Both the position numbers and the translations under genes were made by a program. The notes beneath the pieces were generated by a model, which saw nothing but the letters and a program-made list of their open reading frames with translations, had not been told where the DNA came from and ran no database searches. Below, in pieces: positions 9,310-17,030 of a stretch of DNA of 35,354 nt. Each line of letters starts with the position of its first letter. The stretch's first letter is position 1. The DNA lies in the NCBI GenBank assembly GCA_038841535.1, contig JAWBTQ010000014.1, forward strand, positions 1 to 35,354. Reading direction: 5' to 3'. Source of the DNA: Sulfolobales archaeon. Lineage in GTDB: Archaea > Thermoproteota > Thermoprotei_A > Sulfolobales > NBVN01.

Positions 9310-9777
9310 ATGTCTCCAGAGTTACGTACGTGTGTTGACCGAGAGCTTGTAGACTTAGTTATGTACTCGGTATATAGAGCTGCTAACGAACTACTAGGGG
9401 ATAAGACCTGGGATCTTGTCTGGAGGTCTGGCGAGGTCCTCTACGAGAAGTTGGAAAAGCTGCTCGAACTAGAACTCATTGAAGACCCAATAAAAGCTCT
9501 TTCTAAAGTGGTTGAGTGGCTACAGAAGGAAGGATACGTAGATGAGGCACATGTAAGGAAGATCTCCGAGAGAGAAATCGAGTACATAATGAGTAGACCG
9601 GCAATAGCTCGAGGGGCTGAGGAGCTAGTTAAAGAAGGTGCGGTGCCCCCCCACTTGTCGACTTCCATCATGTTCGCGGTACTCAAAAAACGTGGTTTTA
9701 AAGCTGAGCTTACTGGAGACCCGCAGTTCCTGCCAGACGGCACAGTCGTTGAGAGGTGGAAGATACTTAAACTATGA
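9310..9777 (+). CDS. Hypothetical protein, possible V4R/HNOX-like ligand-binding fold
   Basis: 155-aa ORF with GAGGTG RBS, co-oriented with the M20 gene. The fold is inferred from the pattern (LLG...RSGE helix, EGY turn, strands, terminal hairpin). Confidence 0.6.
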   Translation: MSPELRTCVDRELVDLVMYSVYRAANELLGDKTWDLVWRSGEVLYEKLEKLLELELIEDPIKALSKVVEWLQKEGYVDEAHVRKISEREIEYIMSRPAIARGAEELVKEGAVPPHLSTSIMFAVLKKRGFKAELTGDPQFLPDGTVVERWKILKL

Positions 9778-10090
9778 TACTTGGAGAAATAGGGTTTGGG
9801 CATAATGGTTTTGACGCCATTTCGTTCTCTGGAGTCCATTCCTCTAGTCTCTATTTCATTAGAATCCAGCTACTAGTCTTCACTCACTTGAGGTGTCTCA
9901 ATAACGCCCACCCCGTTTACCTGTTGGAGTATGGAAGAGTAGGGGCAGCACGGATTCGCACTTTTTAAAGAAGCTACTTCCTGTATCGGGCAGCGAGTAA
10001 CTTTGTTAAGCTCCCTGCGTCCTTAGGATTTTTGGTTCTTATTAAAACTTTTTAAACGTTTTTAGAGTTTTATAATCCGCTACATCAATA

Positions 10091-11050
10091 CTAGTGTTTT
10101 AAGTGGTAAACATCTCCTGCCTCAATGTGGTACCTAGTTCCAGATGTCTCGACGACCAGCCTTCCAAGCCGATCGACAGCTATTGCGTGTCCAACAACTT
10201 CTTTACCTCCTAAAGTCACGACTCGTACTGTTTTACCTATGGTTGCTGAAAGCTTTTTCCAAGAATCGATAACCTTATCTACCTTTGCAGTTGAGAGGTG
10301 GCCATAGTACGTCTTGAGTCTAGATAGTATCACGGCTAGAAGAGTTGCTCGGGGAACTTCATTACCCACTAAGTTGCGGAGGGTTGTAGCTGTTTCGCGA
10401 ACTACTAGTGGAAGTTCGTTATTGGCGTTGATCCCGACTCCTAGGTATAGCAACCTTATTCTATCTGCTTCAGCCTCTCCTTCCACTAGTATTCCGCAGA
10501 CTTTCTTATCATCGACTAAGACGTCGTTGGGCCACTTAACACGTGCGTCCACCCCTAGCAAAGCTATTAGAGACTCAGCGACTGAGACACCCGCCGCTAG
10601 GCTCAGGAGATGTAGGGAACCAGTGAACTCAGGTCTCACTATAACCGTAAACCACAGACCTCCCCGTGGAGCATACCAAGCGCGACCGAGCCTACCCCTA
10701 CCAGTTACCATCTCGTCGCAGACAACGGTCGTCCAGCTACCGGCTCCCGCTGCGGCCAGCTCTTTAGCAATGTCTTGAGACGACTTAACGCACTTCTCTG
10801 TGTACGTGACTGAAGCTTCTACTCCAACCAAGTTCAGAAGCTCTACAGTTTTTGCTATATCGTCTTCAAGAGGCATGTAATATCCGAGACCTGGCTCAGC
10901 TACTATGGGGATACCCCACTTCCTCAGTCTATCAACTACCTTATGTATGTACGCTCTAGAAACCCCGAGCTCTGAGGCTATAGACTCGCCACTCACTATC
11001 TTGCCGCTCCTCAAACTTGACAAAATCAATGCTGCTGCTCCTGCGAACAT
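10091..11050 (-). CDS. birA: Bifunctional biotin-protein ligase / repressor (N-terminal HTH)
   Basis: SGESIASELGVSRAYIHK HTH, GRGRLGRAW, KWPND, KVCGIL, GVGIN. Confidence 0.93.
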   Translation of the reverse strand: MFAGAAALILSSLRSGKIVSGESIASELGVSRAYIHKVVDRLRKWGIPIVAEPGLGYYMPLEDDIAKTVELLNLVGVEASVTYTEKCVKSSQDIAKELAAAGAGSWTTVVCDEMVTGRGRLGRAWYAPRGGLWFTVIVRPEFTGSLHLLSLAAGVSVAESLIALLGVDARVKWPNDVLVDDKKVCGILVEGEAEADRIRLLYLGVGINANNELPLVVRETATTLRNLVGNEVPRATLLAVILSRLKTYYGHLSTAKVDKVIDSWKKLSATIGKTVRVVTLGGKEVVGHAIAVDRLGRLVVETSGTRYHIEAGDVYHLKH

Positions 11051-11111
11051 ACGATTAATGGTTAACCTACTGCCTTATATATTTTTCACTAACTAAAGTA
11101 AACGGTCGCAA
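11051..11111. promoter_or_regulatory. Compact divergent promoter of birA and bioY
   Basis: 61-bp gap with central TTATATAT (11075-11082), a GGTTAACC palindrome (11060-11067) and GTAAAC (11098-11103). Confidence 0.5.
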
Positions 11112-11765
11112 ATGCGCTCGCCCAACCGGTACGTATTAATAGTATTTGGAACATCGACTATAGCTGTAGGTGCGTGGTTAAAGTTTAACGTAGGCCCGGT
11201 ACCCTACACTTTCCAAAACTTCGGGGTGGTTCTCGCCTCCCTAGTACTTAACCCAGCAAGTGCTGCCATGTCTGTTATTCTTTACATCCTAATGATCTTC
11301 CTAGGTCTCCCAGTAGGAGCAGGGTTCTCTGGGGGGCCTCACTTGTTGTTTGGCTATACTGCTGGCTACATATGGGGGTTCTTGCTATCGGCACCGATAA
11401 TCTCAGCTCTCACGAGGACGTACTTAAAGATATCTAATAGGCGCTTACACGAACTTCGCGCTAAGGACATAGTCTTCCTCACCGCACTAGCGAGTATCGG
11501 TATGCTCCCAACATACGTGCTAGGATACACTGTGTTTAGATATCACGCTCTGTCTTCGGTGGGTTTGCTTGACTGGGCTAAAGCTACCTCTAAATTATTA
11601 TGTTTTTACGGAAGTCCGGAGCTAGTCATACTGATAGCCACTATAATAGTGTTCATACCTCAAGACGTGTTGATGGATCACCTGCTAGCTGTTATAACAT
11701 CCAAAAAGCTATGCTACCTCCTGTCGAGTAGAGGTGTCAAAACTGGCGAAGGCAGTATGTGCTGA
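11112..11765 (+). CDS. bioY: Biotin ECF transporter S component
   Basis: GPVPYTFQ, LYILMIFLGLPVGAGFSGG, TAGYIWGF; hydrophobic; divergent from birA. Confidence 0.9.
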   Translation: MRSPNRYVLIVFGTSTIAVGAWLKFNVGPVPYTFQNFGVVLASLVLNPASAAMSVILYILMIFLGLPVGAGFSGGPHLLFGYTAGYIWGFLLSAPIISALTRTYLKISNRRLHELRAKDIVFLTALASIGMLPTYVLGYTVFRYHALSSVGLLDWAKATSKLLCFYGSPELVILIATIIVFIPQDVLMDHLLAVITSKKLCYLLSSRGVKTGEGSMC

Positions 11766-12954
11766 TGGTCTGTCTGTCGGACTCGGCGGGACGAATCTCA
11801 TCGAGAACCTTAGCTTCACTATGGAGTCTGGAAGTCTGTGGCTTGTGAGTGGGGACTGTGGAACAGGTAAAACCACTCTCGCTAAGTCATTAGTTGGCTT
11901 AATTCCTGAGTTCTACGGGGGCTATCGCATCAGTGGTAGAGTGGAGGTGTTTAGCTATAGACCTGCTGAAGCACTGCGAAGAGGTCTGACTGCGTACATA
12001 CCTCAAGACATCTCGCAAGCAACTCTAGGTACGAGTGCCGCAGAGGAACTCTCTACTTATGGATTGTGGAGTAGAGTGCCGGAGCTGAAGAGGGTCGTCG
12101 GAGACTTAGCCTTTAGAGAGTTTAAAGCTCTCTCTGCTGGAGAAAGGTTCAGAGTTTTAGTGAGTATCTCAATGCTTCTGAACAAGAAGTTGCTAGTAAT
12201 CGACGAGCCGTCCGGCTACTTAGACTCGACTACCCTTCGAGAAGTACTAGAGATCTTTAAGGAGCACGCAAGTAGCACAAGCTCAGTTATCGCGTTAATT
12301 GATCATAGACTTAGCTACTACACGAACGGTGTGAGCGGAGTAATCAACTTAGGAGCTAGAACTGCTTGTTCAAGCATTAGTTTAGACGCCGAGCCTACAA
12401 GTGGAGTCATCCTCGAAGCTCGAGACCTAAGTTTTAGTTACTCTAGAAGAAAGATACTCAGCGGTATAGACCTCGAAGTGGGGCGAGGAGAAGTAGTCGC
12501 AGTCGTAGGCCCCAATGGTTCTGGTAAGACAACATTACTCAAGCTAGCTTTAGGGCTACTAAAACCCCGTAGAGGTAAAATTAAAAGGTACTATAGAAGG
12601 GTCCTCTACCTACCTCAGTTATCGAGTTACTGGCTTAGTGGTGACCTAAAATATGCGCTGAAAACTCTTGGCTGTAGTCCCGGGGTGGCCGATCTCGCCG
12701 GCGTAAGAAACGTGAATGTCGCAGCGCTAAGCCTCGGGGAAGTCAGGAGGCTGGCGGTATATGCCGGTGTCTACGGTCCGAGTGAGTTAGTAGTTGTTGA
12801 CGAGATCTCACTGGGTCTTGATGAAGCGTCTATTACCTGTGTTAAGAGGGTACTTATTGAAGCTAAAAAAGCCGGTAAGTCTGTGTTGTTCTCCACTCAT
12901 GACGCGGAAGTAGCTAAGCTCTTGGAGCCCGACTCCGTGGTGGAGATCTCTTGA
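11734..12954 (+). CDS. ECF-type ABC ATPase with two fused nucleotide-binding domains
   Basis: Walker A GDCGTGKTT and GPNGSGKTT; signatures LSAGE and LSLGE; Walker B VIDEP and VVDEI. Confidence 0.85.
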   Translation: MSKLAKAVCADGLSVGLGGTNLIENLSFTMESGSLWLVSGDCGTGKTTLAKSLVGLIPEFYGGYRISGRVEVFSYRPAEALRRGLTAYIPQDISQATLGTSAAEELSTYGLWSRVPELKRVVGDLAFREFKALSAGERFRVLVSISMLLNKKLLVIDEPSGYLDSTTLREVLEIFKEHASSTSSVIALIDHRLSYYTNGVSGVINLGARTACSSISLDAEPTSGVILEARDLSFSYSRRKILSGIDLEVGRGEVVAVVGPNGSGKTTLLKLALGLLKPRRGKIKRYYRRVLYLPQLSSYWLSGDLKYALKTLGCSPGVADLAGVRNVNVAALSLGEVRRLAVYAGVYGPSELVVVDEISLGLDEASITCVKRVLIEAKKAGKSVLFSTHDAEVAKLLEPDSVVEIS

Positions 12955-13526
12955 AGATAGTCTCCATAGTCAGCTTAATTCTAATAATAGTTACTTCAGT
13001 TACCCTAACAATAGCTGGGAGTGCGCATATTACTTTGAATCTTTCCATAATCTTGCTGCTTTTAGCTCTAACTGCCTCTAGAAGAACTGTAGCTAGAGTA
13101 CTTAAGGCAATACTCTCTTTCAACTTCGTGTACTTCCTTACTTCTTTACTTGTTCAAGCAATATCTTTCGGGTCAATAGAGCTCTTGGGAACGGCTTTAC
13201 AGTTTCTTAAGCTCACTTCTCTAGCTCTAAGCTCTTTTACTGTAGCAGGCATAATCTTTCCTTTCTTAATCCGTAAGGCATGTTCAAACCAGGTATTACT
13301 GACTTTGCTCATAGCTATGAGGTCTGTTGCTGATAGCTACATCACTCTTTCCGATACTCTGGACGCCATCAGAATAAACTATGGTACATCTAAGAAATTT
13401 GACTCTAGTACAATACGAGCTGCCATAGAAAGTCTTCCAGTACTCGTCCTCGACGCTGTTTTACGAAGATTCGAATCAGCCATTACCATGCTTCCCAGCA
13501 CGTACTGTAGGGCAAAGTACGTTTAA
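12951..13526 (+). CDS. Probable divergent ECF transmembrane (T) component
   Basis: Several TM helices followed by amphipathic C-terminal helices (AIRIN, RRFESA); TTGA overlap with the ATPase; completes an S-A-T module. Confidence 0.6.
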   Translation: MKIVSIVSLILIIVTSVTLTIAGSAHITLNLSIILLLLALTASRRTVARVLKAILSFNFVYFLTSLLVQAISFGSIELLGTALQFLKLTSLALSSFTVAGIIFPFLIRKACSNQVLLTLLIAMRSVADSYITLSDTLDAIRINYGTSKKFDSSTIRAAIESLPVLVLDAVLRRFESAITMLPSTYCRAKYV

Positions 13527-13690
13527 CCCGGAGTAACTCTACGCATATGCTATGTTCTCTCATAGTAAGTTTAGTGAATAGTGACTAGAGATAAGTTTTC
13601 GTACCGACCTATCATAGATGGACAGCTTTACACTTTTGAACATACTTAAACAAGGCTCTCGTTGCTATGTAAGTTAGTAGTGAGGAACTA

Positions 13691-14875
13691 TTAACAGCTG
13701 GTTCTTTTGTGTAGCTTAGCTATAAAGTATCCTGGAGTATCGTGAATGTGGGGATGAAAGCGGGCTAAGTAGTCTTTTTGAAAACCATAAACACCTTTAG
13801 AGGCTCTCTTTATATTTACTTCGCTAACGTCAAGACATCTGCTTTCTTCTAGTACTTGCTCTATTACTTCCTCGTTTTCCTCCACAGTTACAGTGCACGT
13901 AGAGTATACTATAGTTCCACCTGGCTTTACTAGCCTATAAGCAGCTCTCATGAACTGTAGCTGGTACTTCTTTAAAGCTAAGACCTCCTCTAAGGTCTTG
14001 TGGTCTTCTATCTTGGGTCTCACTCCTAGAGCAGAGCATGGTGGGTCCACTACCACCTTGTCAGGTCTTAGCCATGGAAAATCCTCGTAAACGTACCTTG
14101 AGTCACTGACCCACACCTCGACGTAGGGGAGGTGACCTAGCCTAGAAAGCTCCTCCTTCATTCTATCTACTTTGCCCCTAGACCTATCGAAAGCAACTAC
14201 TGTAACTCTTCCACCAGAAAGTTCGACAATATGACTTGTTTTCCCTCCAGGTGAAGCGCATAAATCGACAACAAGCTCCCCGGGTTTTAAGTCTAGTTGT
14301 CGGGATACGTACATGGCCGGAAGGCTTTGAGGGTAGATTAGACCCTCACTAAATTCCGGTAACTCCCTAATTCCTACAGTCCTATAAAGCGATTTGGTAG
14401 TTCTAACAACCAAACCTCGTTTTTTCTTAATAGCCTCGTGGCAGTCTCTCGTGACTACGCCTTCCCCAACCTGGATTCCCGACTTCGTGACAATAGCTAC
14501 TTCATCACCTCTCCTCACGTTATAGTAACACTTCAATATGCCGGGAGCGTAAAGGTCGGCCCCTAATGCTACGGCCTCAGCAGCCTCCTTCGATGCTACG
14601 ACCACCTTGTCTCTAGGGTTAACCTTAAAGGGTCCATAGACCTTGAAATATATCGCCTCAGGAAGTTCTTCATCAGGATACGCCTCTATACCCCTATCCT
14701 TCAGTCTACTAAGCAACTCTCTCGGTTCTATCTTTAGGGTATTCACGCGAACGTAAAGTCTTCGACCAGGAGTTTTGACTCCCTCTAAAAACAAGCTTAC
14801 ATTTTCCCCGTACACCCTTCGCAGAGATTCAAGTAACCGAACATCGTAATCGAGTTGTCCCATGCTGTACCTCAT
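13691..14875 (-). CDS. RsmB/NOP2/Sun family RNA m5C methyltransferase with PUA domain (NSUN6-like)
   Basis: RVNTLK, PUA GADLYAPGI, DLCASPGGKT, DPPCS (motif IV), YSTCT (motif VI), GYFIAKL. Confidence 0.9.
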   Translation of the reverse strand: MRYSMGQLDYDVRLLESLRRVYGENVSLFLEGVKTPGRRLYVRVNTLKIEPRELLSRLKDRGIEAYPDEELPEAIYFKVYGPFKVNPRDKVVVASKEAAEAVALGADLYAPGILKCYYNVRRGDEVAIVTKSGIQVGEGVVTRDCHEAIKKKRGLVVRTTKSLYRTVGIRELPEFSEGLIYPQSLPAMYVSRQLDLKPGELVVDLCASPGGKTSHIVELSGGRVTVVAFDRSRGKVDRMKEELSRLGHLPYVEVWVSDSRYVYEDFPWLRPDKVVVDPPCSALGVRPKIEDHKTLEEVLALKKYQLQFMRAAYRLVKPGGTIVYSTCTVTVEENEEVIEQVLEESRCLDVSEVNIKRASKGVYGFQKDYLARFHPHIHDTPGYFIAKLHKRTSC

Positions 14876-15011
14876 GCATAAAAACGAAGTAAGTAATATG
14901 TTAATACATAGTTACGAAGCATTACTACGCAAGCGGGGAACCGCATTAGTAAGAGCACCTAAAATCACTGTCCTCGCTAGGTGATGTACAGCTTCTTTTG
15001 AGTAAAGTGTT

Positions 15012-15117
15012 CCTGAGCTTTGGGGTACAGCTCTGGTGTAGGTTCATATCAAGTGGTGTCACCGCTCCATATCCGTCCCCCGCATCGGCACCGGTTCCAC
15101 ATCACCCTTAGGGGCTC
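15012..15117 (-). mobile_element. Degenerate right-end / omega-RNA-like remnant (copy B), homologous to the element at 16761-17036
   Basis: 15025-15115 aligns to 16773-16864 at 59/92 positions with one gap. Shared blocks: GCCCCyAAG, GATG, ATGCGGGGG, ATATGAACCwACA, AGAGC. Ends in ...CAGG on the minus strand. Confidence 0.7.
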
Positions 15118-15213
15118 TAAAGGAAGATAAGGACTAAGTAATACTTCGAGACTATAGGTTGTTATCGCTCCCAAGCTTTTTTAGTCTGTTAGGAACATGA
15201 GTTTGGGAGTGGT

Positions 15214-15537
15214 ATGAGTGAAGTTCGAAGAGTATTTAGAACTCAGGACAACAAGTACGACGCACTCCTATCCATAGTCTTAGGGGAGAAGAGGTTTTAC
15301 ATGGTTGTATCTGGTTTAGCTAGACCACCAAAGGTAGTAAGGATCTTGGAGGCTGGTGCTACAGTCAAGCTAGAACTGCTAGACCAGTTCGATCACGGAT
15401 TTCTTACTTGTGTACTAGAGCGTGGGCACTTTGAGGAAGAGTTTGCTAGCGTTAAGTGCACTCCGGGTAACGTTTGGATAATAAGTGAGGACACTATTTT
15501 AAGACATAGGCAGTGTCCTGAGTCCTCGTCTGGTTAG
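15214..15537 (+). CDS. Hypothetical protein
   Basis: 107-aa ORF with GGGAGTGG RBS, 10 bp upstream of the GTPase gene; no motif recognised. Confidence 0.65.
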   Translation: MSEVRRVFRTQDNKYDALLSIVLGEKRFYMVVSGLARPPKVVRILEAGATVKLELLDQFDHGFLTCVLERGHFEEEFASVKCTPGNVWIISEDTILRHRQCPESSSG

Positions 15538-15547
15538 GTCGGATTAG

Positions 15548-16342
15548 ATGAGGTTTGCTAGCTGGAGGCTAGTTAGAGAACTCTTAGAGCTATCTGATGT
15601 GGTTCTCGAACTTACGGACTCTCGAGACCCGCTCAATACTAGGAGTGTGAAGCTAGAGAAGGCGGTTTCTAGAGCGGACAAACCTTTAATAATAGTCATT
15701 AACAAGGCCGATCTCGTACCTCGCCCTATATGTGAGGAATGGAAGATCTTCTTTAAGGTTAAGCTGGGATACGAAGCTGTCTATATATCAGCACGGAATA
15801 GGCTGGGGACCATGGTCTTAAGGCAAGCAATCAAGAATGCTGCCAGGGAGTCGGCTAGAGAGAAAGAGAAGATAGTAGTGTCTGTTTTTGGTCTACCTAA
15901 AGTTGGCAAGTCGACACTAGTAAACGCTCTAAAAGGAAGGCACTCAACGCCGACTTCTCCATACCCTGGGCATCCCGGCTACACCTTCAAGTCTAGGCTG
16001 TTTTATATAGGCGGAGGCATATATATCATCGATACTCCAGGGATCGTGCCGCCTGAGGGAGGGGACGTAGAGGCGGTCATAAGATCGAGACCTGTAGACG
16101 AGTTCCCTAACCCAGAGAAAGTAGCCGTAAACTTAATCCAAAAAGTCTTGAAGTACAACAAAAAAGCCTTCCTTGACGCATATGGAATAAAATCTGAAGA
16201 TCCTAGCGAGATAGTAGCTGAAGTAGCTAAGCTAAGAGGGTGGGTAAAGAAAGGAGAGCCAGATACCTACGAAGCCTCTAAAGTAGTCATTAGAGACTAT
16301 TTAGACGGTAAGATCGTGTACTACTACAGCCCAACAGCTTAG
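15548..16342 (+). CDS. Circularly permuted YlqF/RbgA-YawG family GTPase (ribosome biogenesis)
   Basis: Motif order DSRDP, G4 NKAD, G5 ISA, G1 GLPKVGKST, G3 DTPG. Confidence 0.9.
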   Translation: MRFASWRLVRELLELSDVVLELTDSRDPLNTRSVKLEKAVSRADKPLIIVINKADLVPRPICEEWKIFFKVKLGYEAVYISARNRLGTMVLRQAIKNAARESAREKEKIVVSVFGLPKVGKSTLVNALKGRHSTPTSPYPGHPGYTFKSRLFYIGGGIYIIDTPGIVPPEGGDVEAVIRSRPVDEFPNPEKVAVNLIQKVLKYNKKAFLDAYGIKSEDPSEIVAEVAKLRGWVKKGEPDTYEASKVVIRDYLDGKIVYYYSPTA

Positions 16343-16821
16343 TATTAAGAGCTCTAGTGCTTTCTTCGTCATTTACGTCTATCTGCGCTAACTATTGCTT
16401 GCTTTAGCCTTAGCTAGACAAGAGCCTGCAATACTTGAAATTCCTTACGCCACCTTGAGCACCTTAAAGTATAGAGAGCTTGAAACTCGTGCAGTGGAGA
16501 TGGTAGGTGATGAGGTCAATTAGTATAGAAACCTATCTCCGGATTCGCATCAATGTTTGTCAGCATTTTATTAGGGATTCTACAGGGGGCTTCGTTAAGT
16601 CGGTAAACCAGTTAGTTTATGTGGTGAGGCTTAGAGCATTGATCCCACAGCTAACTCCAGTAAGTGCAGATTTCTGAGCCTATATGTTCTCTACATAAGA
16701 TATTATAGTGTGAGTAACTCATCTCCCAGTTAGCGTCAAAATATCATAGCTTCAGAAACTCGTTGTTAGGAAGTTCGGCTCTCTTGTTGGTTCATATGGG
16801 TAGACCTCATTGCCTCATCTC

Positions 16822-16864
16822 TGTTCCCCCGCATTCCGCTCGGGGCCTCATCGGGCTTGGGGGC
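16822..16864 (-). ncRNA. H/ACA-like hairpin with apical K-loop inside the putative omega-RNA
   Basis: Minus strand reads gCCCCC-aag-CCc-GAUGA-ggcc-CCGA-gcGG-aaugc-GGGGG-aACA. A second GAUGA-ggcaa-UGA K-loop-like motif follows immediately. Confidence 0.5.
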
Positions 16865-17000
16865 GTTCAGGGCGACCCCCGGCACTCCACATCTTGAGTA
16901 ACTCGGGGAGAGCCGATCTACAGAGCTGAGCTCTCGACCCCTCATCGAACTACTTCCACATACCACTACACATAGAGTACTTACAAGCGTCCCCATCCAC

Positions 17001-17030
17001 ATAAACAAATATGAACAAATATGAAACCCG
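17001..17030. repeat. Three imperfect 10-bp tandem units at the element left end
   Basis: ATAAACAAAT / ATGAACAAAT / ATGAAACCCG. Confidence 0.75.

Noticed and set aside
14975-15101. Minus-strand frame MWNRCRCGG...TT-TGA-YEPTPELY... as a selenoprotein or readthrough ORF
   Set aside because: It overlaps the copy-B RNA remnant, shows no recognisable motif or SECIS element, and selenocysteine is not known in this lineage.
17001-17030. CRISPR-like array
   Set aside because: The units are 10 bp and contiguous with no spacers, and there are no cas genes in the window.
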